Part shown: positions 12,701 through 24,222 of the stretch, one piece after another
Layout: every line of letters starts with the position of its first letter
How positions within the stretch are numbered: position 1 is the stretch's first letter
Made by a program: the position numbers and the translations under genes
Assembly: GCF_964355755.1 (NCBI RefSeq)
Contig: NC_092679.1
Location: 5,796,201-5,860,200, forward strand
Source: Antedon mediterranea
Taxonomy: Eukaryota; Animalia; Echinodermata
Direction of reading: 5' to 3'
Length of the DNA: 64,000 bases
Notes under the pieces: generated by a model
The model's input: the letters and a program-made list of their open reading frames with translations, nothing else
Told to the model about the DNA's origin: nothing
The model's database searches: none

Positions 12701-15700
12701 TGAGGATGTAAAATAAATCCATTATGCCCATAGTCACCTCAAATGTATAGTTTTGCCAACTTAAAATGCACTCCCCATCTTTAACCATGTGAGATGCTAG
12801 CCAAATGAGTGTAAATCCAAATCCGCTTAGCCAAGGAATTAGTAAAACAATTAATTTCATGCTAACTTTTTCCTTCATGACATTGTATTTTAACGGATAG
12901 ACGACAGCAAAATAGCGATAAACAGTAAGCACTACAAGATTGGAGGTTGATGTATGAACGCTTGACCAGAGCAAGTATTTGCATGACCAAAACTTGCAGA
13001 CAAAATCAGCTGCGAATTCAGATTCTGGCAGTCGAGTTGTTATATTCGGGTCAAGAAATTGACAGAGGGTCAACAACGATGATAAAAGGTCTATGATAGA
13101 CTGGTTTATAATAAGAAGATTGGTTGTTTTAAACCTGTTTGGCAAATAAAATAAAATATACAATGCAAAAGTGTTTGTTAAACAGCCAAAACAACCAACA
13201 ATACCGTACAATGGTGTAGTAGATGCCATCGTTCAATTCGTGCAAACATGACAAAATGATGCATGATAAAACTAAAAATAAAAACAAGATTTGTTTTAAA
13301 AACTGAAAGTTTAGTTTTAATTAAAAGATCACTGTTTTTTTTGTAAAACCAAAAAAAAATTATGTAATTTAACATGCAATCTACAAAGAGACTGACATAC
13401 ATAATTAATATCAACGTACTGTTGCTTGAAATATTATGTGTCTCTGAAAAAAAAAAATGTACCAATGGTACTTACCAACAGCACAAAACTTTTTGATCAA
13501 GTCTCAGTTGAGAGTTGAGACTATAGAGTGGAGTTAAAAGAGTCACAAGTTACAAGTCTGACACTAGGTCAGGATTGAACTCTGGACCTTGGAATTAGAA
13601 GGCAAGCATGTTAACCACCAAGCTACAACTCAGAAAAATATTAAAATTGATTTTGATAAATAAAAATAGAAATTTTTGTTTACCAAATTTGCAATTATTT
13701 CCAGACACGGTTTCTTTTAGCTCAGTGTAGCAAGAGGCATAATCAATATTTGAATGTTGTTTTTTTAAATTTTTAATTTATTTTGCCTTGTTACAGGTGG
13801 TTGGAACTCCTTATTATATGTCACCTGAACTTTGCAAAGGACAGCAGTAAGTGTAGAGTAAACAAAAAGTTCCCAGGGGCTACTTTATAACAAAAAGTTC
13901 CCAGGGGCTACTTTATAACAAAAAGTTCCCAGGGGCTACTTTATAACAAAAAATTCCCAGGGGCTACTTTATAACAAAAATTTCCCAGGGGCTACTTTAT
14001 AACAAAAAGTTCCCAGGGGCTACTTTATAACAAAAAATTCCCAGGGGCTACTTTATAACAAAAAGTTCCCAGGAGCTACTTTATAACAAAAAGTTCCCAG
14101 GAGCTACTTTATAACAAAAAGTTCCCAGGGGCTACTTTATAACAAAAAGTTCCCAGGAGCTACTTTATAACAAAAAGTTCCCAGGGGCTACTTTATAACA
14201 AAAAGTTCGCAGGGGTTACTTTATAACGAAACATTTAGAAAGTCTAGTTTTAGTTTCTCATCTGCTTGTCCATTCATCTCATCACTGCCAAAGTCTCATA
14301 GCAAAACTTAGTTTAGAGTGCTTGTGTTTACTTTGTTATTCCATTGTTGGTTGTATGAAGGAAACGATACATTAAAAAACAAATGAACAGTAACATTTTG
14401 ACTGGAAAAACAAAGCCAAAAGGACGCGAAAAACACCAAAAATAATTTCATTTCGTAATGTCATTTGCAATTGCATATATAATATACATAGAAAGTGAAG
14501 ATAGAAATATGAAATAGAAAGATGTTGATTCCTGTATTTCAAATTAACTTTTTAGACAAATATTCTAATAATATTCATTTTTAGCATGTATGTCAAATTT
14601 ACTCTGGAATTGTGTAAAATGTTTTTTTGTTTAGGTACAACGCAAAGAGTGACATATGGGCCGTGGGATGCGTCTTATATGAATTACTGACTCTGAAAAA
14701 GACTTTTGATGCCAGCGTGAGTGATTTAAAACATTTTATAAAATTAAACAAACTGGAAGATGCATCTTATCTTTTCTGCTTTATACTATTACTTTCTTAT
14801 ATTTATTTTTAGAACGCTTTAAAGTTGGTGTGGGGAATTGTAAAAAACGACATCAATATTGATGAGATAAGCAAGGTATTTTCTGAAGCTATGAAAGGCT
14901 TGGTTTGTCAACTCCTAGAAAAGGTATCAAATTTCATAATTATATTAGTGAATAACAAACTAATTAGGTTGTTTTGACTGGACGTATTGCGTTTAATCCA
15001 AGTGTAGGATTTCTTTTGATACTCATTTTCTCTTGTTTAAATTTAGGAACCAGATAAGAGACCAACTGCAGAGCAGATATTGTCTCTCCCAATTCTAAGA
15101 ACACTTGGAAAGTAAGATTAATTTTGTTCTATTCTGCATTTATTAATTATTATATTATTATTATACAGTACCATATTACATGCCATGCCATTTTGTTAAA
15201 CTTATTATTTAAAAAAATGTTAACAATGTCAACATAAAAATCTGAATGAAAAATATTTGTTATTATATTCTAGAGAAATGGAGGACAAAGTTTGGCAGTT
15301 GAACTCATCAGCACGCCAGGCTAGACTTTCAAGTTGCTCAGCAACTGAAGCCACGCCCATTGTTACTTCAAAGATTAGTGAGGTTGGTTTAATATACCCG
15401 TATAGTTCATATAGATCATACAATAAAGGTTGTTTGCATTTTCTAAAAAGTTACATTTTTTTTGCCTAATGCCCTTTTTTCATATTTCTATTTATATATA
15501 TATATTGTTTTGTAACAGGGGGTTTCTCCCTTTCCATTCTTTTCTTTTGATTATTTATGTTTTTGTGAATGGAAATAAAGAAACAAACAAACAAACATAT
15601 AAACTATAATCATACAGGGATCTAGCGCAATTCCTGAAACCATGCTTTATCTATAGGTGAAAGTGACTATTTGGGATACATTAATGCTTTCCATATCTTC

Positions 15701-18700
15701 AAATGCACTAATTTTAAAATAGTACCATGGCAAGCTATGCTAATACTATTAGTCAGATAGTGCCGCATCAGAGTCAACATAAACTTCTATCTATGCTCTA
15801 TTTCTTACAGGTGTATTATTGGGGAGGTGGAAGAATTACCCCCCATAAACTTGATCTCTTCAAGGCTGGGAATAGTGCTTTACAGGTAGCCTGTGGCCAC
15901 TATCATTTTGCTGTTGTTACAGTTGAAAAAGAATTGTACACTTGGATGGTAAGAAAAGTATCTTGAAATGCATTATCTGTATTTTCTGAAATTCAATATC
16001 TTTCTAATTACTTGTTGTAGCCTGATACAGTGAAGTACACCCTCTTAAAAAATGAGTTTCCTGTGAATAAATCAAATAAATTTTAATATTTATAGAACAC
16101 ACAAGGAGGTCAGCAATCGGTGGCGCTGTTAGGTCACGGCGATAAAGCGGCCTACAAAGCACCCAAGAAGGTAGAAGCATTTCACGGCATGGCTGTTGCA
16201 AGCGTCTCCTGCGGAGAAGAGTTCACAGCATGTGTAACAGGTCAGATACAGGTTATTCATAGTGTTAGCAACAGGTCAGATACAGGTCAGATACAGGTCA
16301 TTCATAGTGTTAGTAACAGGTCAGATACAGGTCATTCATAGTGTTAGCAACAGGTCAGATACAGGTCATTCATAGTGTTAGCAACAGGTCAGATACAGGT
16401 CATTCATAGTGTTAGTGTAACAGGTCAGATACAGGTCATTCATAGTGTTAGTAACAGGTCAGATACAGGTCATTCATAGTGTTAGTAACAGGTCAGATAC
16501 AGGTCATTCATAGTGTTAGTAACAGGTCAGATACAGGTCATTCATAGTGTTAGTAACAGGTCAGATACAGGTCATTCATAGTGTTAGTAACAGGTCAGAT
16601 ACAGGTCATTCATAGTGTTAGTAACAGGTCAGATACAGGTCATTCATAGTGTTAGTAACAGGTCAGATACAGGTCATTCATAGTGTTAGCATATTTGTTT
16701 ACTCGCTATTCACAATCAAAATACAGTCTGTTTGACATGATTTAACATGCCTTATTTTTTACTTAAATCTCTTTCAAATTTTAAACCAAAATAATGCTTT
16801 TAATTCACTACTGTTAATTCTATATAAATAGCTTCCAAAAACTAGACATGCTTGGCACACTAATCAATGGCTGATTTTCCATAATACATAATTCTACCAT
16901 TTTTTTTGAATTGCCAATTTAGTTAAAGCCAGACGTCTCAAATCAAGCTGAAATTGAATGCAGTGATATCACAAATGTATCATTGATATGGATTGATCGC
17001 TTTATTATTAGGATCAGAATTCCAAACAAAAAAATCACACTAAAATAGGAATGAAAAAATAAAAGTGATATACGTGACATGTGCGTACAAAACCTGTCAT
17101 TATTTATACACACTGCGCATATTAAAGTTTGTCTTTTGTTTCACACTTTGTAAATTGTGTATAGATGAGGGTGATGTGTACACTTTTGGTCTGGATTACT
17201 ATGGCTGCATAGGATGTGACAATCAACATGGAGATGATGTCTCTTATCCAGTGCTTGTCAACTTCTTTCAGGGCAACCCAGTGCAACAAATATCATGTGG
17301 TCACAACCACGTTGTAGCTTTGACTAAAAGCGGAGAAGTTTTTTCATGGGGGTGTGGCGAATTTGGTAAGCGACAGTCTAAGCCTAGAATGAAACCTCTT
17401 GTTTTTTGGGGTTTTTTTTCTTGTTGTTTATTGTGTGTTTTATAATGATTTAAGAAAGTCCTGGATATCAACTGGGATAAATGGAAGGGTTAACCTCTAA
17501 AATACAGTATAACCAAAATCATTAATATACTGTAGTAATAGCGGTTTAATTGAAACCTGGTTTTAAACATTCTGTATACAGTATTTACTACAACAAAATT
17601 AGGATTGTGTAAAGTTCTTACCTTATTTGTTGACCTATTGCTTATATCTTGATATTTCAGGTCGGCTTGGACTTGGAAATGAAGATGACTATTCAAGTCC
17701 GCAAAAAGTAGGTTTAATTTATGAGTACATTTTAAATTACAGTATAAAAATGATTACATTTTCCTTTGCATCAGTATTTCTTTTTTTATGTTTTTTTTCC
17801 TCAACATTGATGGCTGTTTATTCACAGGTACCAATACGAGGCCATCGTATGATTAAGTCAGTGTGTGCTGGGTCAGATGGTACATTTTTTCTGACAATTA
17901 ATGGACGTGTACTGGCTTGTGGAAGTAATGAACACAACAAGCTTGGATTCAACACGGTTACTGCTGGTTTGAGGAAACGACAAGTAAAGGTATGGATAGG
18001 ATGGAATTTTCTTTTTTGTTTATCAAATCGATTGAAAAGTACTAAAAACTGTACTTACAACGTTTCCAAAAAAATGGTTTTGTCTGATGATTATTATTTT
18101 ATTGTTATAGGAGTGTTATGATATTCCATGCCAGTATTTTGCTAGCATTGTTAAACCTTTAACCCGATACCATGTGACACAAGTGTCTGCTGGCGAAACA
18201 CATTCTGCTGTCATTGATGGTCAGTACGCAACGTTTTTTATTTCATTTTACTTTTTTGGAAACAGACGTCCATAGTTACAAAATCAATTGCATAAATAAT
18301 TTAAATAAAAAAAACAGACACAAAAAAAAACATCGATATCAGATCATCTCAGGATCTCCATCATTTTGTTATTTTTTATTTATTTATTTATTACCATCTT
18401 TACTGAGGGTAGCCTATCCAGTTCCAATAGAACTGATCATTTAGGGCCCTCGATAAAACATACATACAGTACAGCACATAAAATATTAAATATTCAAATG
18501 ACATAATATAGGCCTATATATATATATACATGTATACATTGATTATATAAAATTCATATAGAAGTTAAAATCGTTGACAGATAAAATATATATATACACA
18601 GTACAAACAATATTAACTGGAAATAAATTCTTTAAGTTCACGTTTAAAGGAAATAATATTAGTAGTAGGAATATTGTAGCATTCTTTTGCTGACATTCCA

Positions 18701-21700
18701 ATGTGTTACCTATGAGTGAGTGTGTCCCGTATTCATTCTGAACGTAGGGGAATGAGCTGTTAGGAGCTCATTGTACTAAGCCTCGGCATTATGTGGTAGG
18801 GTGGCCAGTTCCTTTCCACACCGCCTTTTTTTCCCTAGTATTTTCAACCAGGTAGTCATTTACAGCTGAGTGGACTGGGAGTTGTCGGGAATTGAACCCG
18901 GGTCTATCTGTATGACAGTCAAGTGTCCTAATCACTCGGCTATCCTTCCTATAGAAGGATAATACCAGAACCCCCTATTTCAAAATGAATGAATATTTCA
19001 CTGCGTTTTGAAAGTCATACAAGATGGCTTACATTCCCCTAAACAAGACCCACAACTTAAGTTTTGCTAGCGTTATTCAGACAGATACAGTTAATGTCTA
19101 TAACTAATTATGTCAATGCTTGTATCTCCCTCCATAATTTATCAACAAGTATGAGCATTTCCCTTTACCTACCGTAGTCTTGTCCTGTGTTTGTCCTTTT
19201 TAGATTTACTTTTTTATCTATAACAATTTTTTGTAGAATTTGGACGCCTTTTAACCTTTGGCAGTAACAAATATGGACAGTTAGGAGTTGGGGATTTCAA
19301 GAAGAGGTCAACCATCTGTGAAATATCCCGTAGACTCGGAGGTAAAATGGTTGCTAGGGTCAGTTGCGGAAATGAGTTTACAGTGGTTTCAACATCTGGT
19401 AATAAATCATTTTTCAGTTGTCTTTATATTTATAGCATCATAGGTCCTGTCAAACGTAAATTGTAGATTTTCCATTTTACTTAATACATACTGTACTACA
19501 ACGAAATTAGACACTCTGTTTTATTATTTTAATCAACCAACAACTAAAAATTTATTTTACTAATGAAAAACAAAAAGAAAAAGGTAATCAATAACCTGGT
19601 AAGATTTGCCCTTTTCGCATATAAAAAGAGAACTAATTATTTTGCTGTTACTACTACTTAAATGTTATAATATGTACTATTTTGTATTATTGTACGTGGG
19701 CCAGTGGCCTACATACTATTGAATAAATGAATGAATAAATACAATTTTTTTTTTAATTGATATATATGAGCGAGTCATATGGCCGAGCGGTTAAGGCAGG
19801 GGCGCCGTTTATCGTACCTAAAGAGCCAACAACAACATCGGCAAGGGTTCGAGGCCGACTCGCTCCTAGTTCTGGTGGTGGAACAAGTCTTCTCGGATAA
19901 GGACTATAAACCGTAGGTCCAGTGTACACAGTTATAACCTGTGTGTACTTTAAAGAACCCAGTTCATTATTCTAAAAAGAGTAGGGGGTTACCCCGGTGA
20001 ACTGGTTCACACAATAGCTTCTGTATCAGGGGGATTACCACCTATCTGATAGGACAGTGATTAATTCACTATTGGTAATCCTTGGCCACATTGCCTAAAG
20101 ACATAAAATAAAATAAAATAAAATATTCTTTGTTTGTTGCAGATAATCATATTTATTCGTTTGGTAATGCTAATAGCGGTCGTTTGGGCGTAAACATTGA
20201 TGGCACAGCAACACAAAGAAACAATTCAATCCCGTCACCTAGGCCGATATTTGGTACCTTAAATGTTGCACCAGACTTATGTTGCCAGCACTGGCACACT
20301 ATAATGATAGTGGGTAAGTAGTATAGTCGGCGGAGTCATAGCATAACTAGTTGGGTTTTGTTTTCAATGCTTAAAAAAAAGTCAGGAGGTTTCGATTTAC
20401 AATGACCTACAGTATATTTATTTAAGTTTGCTTCATAAATAGAGTATTTTTTTTATCTGTTTTCTGTTTCATATCTTTAAGTGGCAACTTTCGTTGCTGT
20501 TGGTTTTGATGAAATAAAATTTTAAAAAAGTAGGAACTAGTTCTGTTTTTCAAGTTCAATAACATATATTCAATAAATAAAACAATAATTAAAATATTAT
20601 ATTTGAAATAACAGAAAAGAAAACAAAATAAAATGAAAAAAACAAATAAAAAATAAATAAAAAATCAAGATTAGAAGTGGGTACTTGTCTTATGTTGACC
20701 CTTGTGTAAAATCCATTGTGTGCATGCAGGACCATTGGGACAAGATCCCTCACTCTATTCCAAGACATAGTTTCAATGGTGGATTCTAGATCCAAACAAT
20801 GCCCAACAAAACCCAATATACAGAGGTCGTAGGTCATCATCATTAATAATGATTTCTTTAATTTCAGAAAAAGTGTTGAACTCCAAAACATTACAGTCTC
20901 ACAGATCATCCAGTCTGGGATCTGTAGCAAGTAAAAGTTAGTTTTTTACATTTTTATTGTGCTTCTGAAACAATTGTTTTAATTACTATTTAAATTTATT
21001 TTTGGGTAATTTTCAATTGAATAAACATATTTAATATAGAATTATCATACCATGTTCGATTAAAAAAAAGTTTGAATAATCTTTGTTTTAAATTTGTTCT
21101 AGTATCATTGATGTCTGAAGAAGACATAGATAACAATGTGTTCACAAGCATAGATGGAGAAGAGGAGGACCAAGAGCATAAACAAAGTCAGACGGAAGAG
21201 AATGATGTACGCAAAGAAGCAGTGAACGGCGATGAAGATGGTAGTACTATGCCACCTTGGCTCAAAGCTGTAGGTATCCTACCAATGACCTATGACCTCT
21301 TTACCTAATCAATGTTGTTGATTCTGGAACACCATTGAACTGTTGTTTGTGGTAGAGTTTGTATCTGCAACACAAACAAATAATATTAGAGAGGTTTCGC
21401 AATCTTACGAATACGAAAACGGATACGTCACGCACACGTATTCGTTTTTCGTAAGGCAGTAAAAATCTGTTTCGCATGGCAACGAAATATTGAGGGCGCC
21501 ATCCAAAATATGACTGCGGTAAATTTGAGCGAAGCGCGGGTACGTGTTGCTTGGCGGCCTAGGCCTAGCGTAACATCAAAGCGAGTGAGGACTTTAAAAA
21601 CTGCTATTTATCAAAATTGTCCTGGCATTTTACTTTAGTAAATTACTTTCAATAAATATATAATTATATTATAATCATGAATCATTCCTGATTCAAATGC

Positions 21701-22767
21701 AAAATGTGCAAAATAGATCAAAAACTATACTCGTTTTGTCGTTACGAATATGACTGGTGATATTCGTCAACACGAATACGTTTTACGAATATGAAATGGG
21801 GTTCAGCTCAAAAGTTTCACAAATGTGTGACGTTTTCGTTATCGTATTCGTAAGGTTGCGAAACCTCCCTATTAAACCATAATTTTCTACCACTATTATT
21901 ACTGTGTTGAAAAATGCAGAAACATAGAATTATTGTGTACTAAGTCTTTGTTGTATTACAGGATAGGTCAGCAGATATTCAGTAGAAATACCTAGTCAGG
22001 CATACACTCCAAAAATAGTATTTAAATTTCATTTCTGTGTCCAATAGAACCACATTGTGATAACCGTTTCTGTGATTTTAGGAATTGGCCGATGCAGAAT
22101 TTATTCCTATTGAACCACAGGATGAAATGGTGCAGGGGGATTCCAAGAATGGATCAAACCAGGCAAATATGTCTGCTGGCCCTGACAATGTATCCAACCA
22201 GTCCAACAACTTATTCAAGAAGCCGTCCTTTGTTCCTAAACTTGACCTTGGTGACCTTGAAGCAAGTTTCAAAAGCATTGCTGAGTTTTCAAAGGATAAA
22301 GATAACGAGATTGATAACTTGAAATACCAAATTAAACTACTGCAGATGGACAATGAGTCGGTGAGTTTAAATTATTAAAGTTTATAATTTAATTATAAAA
22401 TTAATATTAAAATAGATAATGAGATTATGCAATGAGCTTGTTAACTGTCAGTTGAAATTAAAGTTTATACTGTATGCCTATAGTTTGACAACAAAAAAGT
22501 TTGATATGCCCAAATATGATAGTGATATGACATCATCATGTCTATATTATATGGGCACATTTTTGTTGTCACATAGTATTATAGTGTAGACAGAGCTTTA
22601 GATATGAGAATTGTGAGGTTTAACATGTTTTGATGTGTTTTTTTTCTTCTGTTTGATAGTTGCAAGACACGGTAACAGAGCAGGCAGAGCGAATATTTGA
22701 TCTTGAAGAAAAAGTGTCACAAATTCTTGAAAAATTGTCTCCAGAATCTGGGAGCAAAACAATGTGA
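6773..22767 (+). CDS. NEK9: NIMA-related kinase 9 (kinase + RCC1 repeats + C-terminal coiled coil), 22 coding exons
   Basis: Spliced by eye: 6773-6919, 9053-9230, 9935-9990, 10150-10220, 10544-10649, 13797-13846, 14635-14716, 14813-14923, 15047-15111, 15274-15382, 15811-15948, 16096-16240, 17165-17365, 17661-17707, 17828-17989, 18111-18219, 19237-19398, 20143-20313, 20868-~20936, 21103-21269, 22082-22360, 22660-22767. Motifs: [61 protein letters not shown]1 repeats (GEFGRLGLG), and [15 protein letters not shown] matching the NEK9 NEK6/7-binding segment. Confidence 0.95.
7065..7933. mobile_element. non-autonomous Ginger-like element with TTGCGCAA-array TIRs
   Basis: Termini TGTTATGCGCGATTTGAACG / CGTTCAAATCGCGCATAACA with a 4-bp TSD CGGA on both sides. 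TGTNR ends plus a 4-bp TSD are Ginger hallmarks. Confidence 0.72.
9319..9790. mobile_element. degenerate TGT-ended MITE with TTTTGGCTGCCAAAA subterminal repeats
   Basis: Starts TGTCACACGAAAATCGGTC; repeated palindromic GGCTGCC/GGCAGCC cores; the right end is decayed. Confidence 0.45.
11061..12005 (-). CDS. intronless class A (rhodopsin-like) GPCR, 314 aa, nested in NEK9 intron 5
   Basis: Seven hydrophobic segments; TM1 N, TM2 D, TM3 C..DRY, TM4 PW, TM6 CWIP, TM7 NPIIY. Confidence 0.9.
   Translation of the reverse strand: MEIRIFYCIVSSFGCLINGFAIFIILHLKNWKSSTNLLIFHQSIIDLVTSLLSLCLFLDPKIMTHLPNSEFGADLICKIWSSKYLFWSSIYASTGNLVVLTIDRYISVIHPVKYGILKEKARKKLLLILLIPWICGFGIQMLWLIAHTVKDGKCTLTWPKNGVKEATGILAFVYILLIPITTMIFVYVKIFRLLRRPVGEDLSSALSDKQISIIKTLVVVSVIYAICWIPDIIAFMISTLSGKIHATGKAIYITTFITLINMCVNPIIYTFQYNDFKEGVQRYFPRLYNIMTPMQIRSRSVDFTQESGDTSNKQ
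12339..13229 (-). CDS. intronless class A GPCR paralog, 296 aa, nested in NEK9 intron 5
   Basis: Collinear with the 11061-12005 ORF ([40 protein letters not shown]); DRY is replaced by YRY. Confidence 0.87.
   Translation of the reverse strand: MASTTPLYGIVGCFGCLTNTFALYILFYLPNRFKTTNLLIINQSIIDLLSSLLTLCQFLDPNITTRLPESEFAADFVCKFWSCKYLLWSSVHTSTSNLVVLTVYRYFAVVYPLKYNVMKEKVSMKLIVLLIPWLSGFGFTLIWLASHMVKDGECILSWQNYTFEVTMGIMDLFYILIIPITIMIFVYVKIFHALRSEVGDGLSSIRSTISPRRLNIIKTLVMVSVTYIICWTPNQLAYVLISIDNTIIVYKGTLHQITIIMAMTNSGINPIIYTFKYIDFITGVPKTLPFLFKMFS
13500..13632 (-). mobile_element. tRNA-derived SINE (family shared with 33115-33410)
   Basis: The reverse complement has TAGCTTGGTGG (A box) and GTTCAATCC (B box) and matches the copy at 33.1 kb. 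Confidence 0.6.
13860..14227. repeat. 28-bp minisatellite, ~13 copies
   Basis: Unit AACAAAAAGTTCCCAGGGGCTACTTTAT. Confidence 0.95.
16234..16690. repeat. 34-bp minisatellite, ~13 copies, containing a NEK9 splice donor
   Basis: Unit GTAACAGGTCAGATACAGGTCATTCATAGTGTTA. Confidence 0.95.
18375..18735 (-). mobile_element. decayed 3' fragment of a CR1/L2-group LINE
   Basis: The reverse strand encodes ..[23 protein letters not shown], followed by a 3' UTR and an (AATA)n tail. Confidence 0.45.
18745..18946 (-). mobile_element. tRNA-derived SINE with Meta/CORE-like core
   Basis: The reverse strand reads GGATAGCCGAGTG..GGTTCAATTCCCG..CACTCAGCTGTAAATG.CTACCTG. Confidence 0.6.
19768..20125 (+). mobile_element. 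full-length tRNA-derived Deu/Nin-domain SINE
   Basis: A box TGGCCGAGCGG, B box GGTTCGAGGCC, Deu-like core and an (AAAAT)n tail. Confidence 0.78.
21388..21870. mobile_element. MITE with 3-bp ATT TSD (PIF/Harbinger-superfamily-like)
   Basis: TIR AG(A/G)GAGGTTTCGCAA.CTTACGAATACGA at both ends; ATT flanks both sides. Confidence 0.7.
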
Positions 22768-24222
22768 AATTGATATATTTGCCATTGTATTTATTAATGC
22801 TAGAGCCTCACAAAAATGGCCCTTTTCAAAAATAGGTTAACTGGAGCAACTATGGTCTTATGAATGGTCTTTGATTTGCACATGGCTGTACAGTTATAAA
22901 AAAAAAATATGTATTGACTTTTGACAAAAATACAATTTCGATACTTATTGTGCTTTATATATTAGCTATATTTCAACATTTTTTAAATATTTCTGTGTTT
23001 TTTAGATGAGATGAAAAAACTACACGACCAATTCTTCTGAAAATTATAAAATAAATACAATTAGCTGGAGAATACAGAGGCCTGTGTTAAGAATGCTGCT
23101 TACGTGGGGTTCAACGTGTATAACCTCCATGATTTGCAAAGACGCTTGCTTGCTATGTACTGCTGTTATATAATATTTGTTTATTTCTTCTTTTTTTTTA
23201 TTTGATATATGGCGTTTTAAATCATGATTATATGATTATAAAAGTACTACTTAAGAAACAGCAAAGTAACCAAATCTTTACCTTGAATAAAAGTGCAATT
23301 ACAGTTTTTTAAATATAAAATAGTGCAATAGTTTAAGATGGCTAGTTTAATATTTATAATGTAGTTTGTAGATCACAAGTAATATTTTGCAGTATTTTTT
23401 TTGTATTGTACAGTGATGTAGTTATTGAATAAATATCGTGGTCAAAATGTTTCAAATTCTGTTGAAAATACTGAGGTTATTAATTACCTTTACTCGGGGC
23501 TGGGTCATACTGTAACGGGTCTTGTGTAATCTTAAATACTAATATTAAATCATATAAATTTCATTTTATTTATGACCACCACCACCGAGTCAATCTTCTA
23601 CTTTTCAAAACTGAGGGCGTTTCGCGGGAGTTGTGAAGATCAAAATCTACAGGTGGTGGGTGTGAGAGATAAATCTGCGTTTGAAGGTTTGAGCCTAGGC
23701 CTGTAGGCCTAGCCTAGACATTTTAACTACTAAAGCATAAGCTAATTTCGTTTTCATTAAATATGTTGGTGTAATATTAGACATATAAGCCTATAGCTAG
23801 CTATGACCATGGCACAAAAAGATTCAGATACTTTGGCTAGGCCCCAACTGGCAGTTAGTTGGTACACTATTTCAGTTTCTGAAGTCTAGGGCGGCCTACT
23901 AGAGTAGTAGGCCCGCCTGGTCCCTGTTGGCGGGACCCCGGCTTGCCTGGGAGGCCCAGCAGTAATGTCAGAATTCAGTCAAGTAGTAGTCCTCCTCGTT
24001 GTGGTTATATAGCCTAGCCTAAACCATCAGATACAGGGAATCTAGGTTAAGCCCTAAGATAAATAATGATTCTTTAATCTATAAAATAGCTACTCCTGCG
24101 TACAGAGGCCCGAGGGAGGGGTACTATCTATATGTAATTTTATTGTTACTACTATTCTATGTGTTTTACTGTTTTAGTAATAATTTGATATACTTTTTTT
24201 TTAGGTTTTTGCTGCGAAAAAG

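Noticed and set aside
13860-14227. CRISPR-like array (also 16234, 44077, 57668)
   Set aside because: Head-to-tail repeats with no unique spacers and no cas genes, in a eukaryotic intron context.
19772-19865. Possible tRNA genes (also 18870-18946, 33120-33190, 43810-43880)
   Set aside because: A and B boxes are present but no intact cloverleaf; they continue into SINE bodies or sit inside other repeats.
20730-20825. Possible extra NEK9 exon
   Set aside because: An AG and GT are present, but there is no NEK9 similarity and exons 18 and 19 already join in phase.
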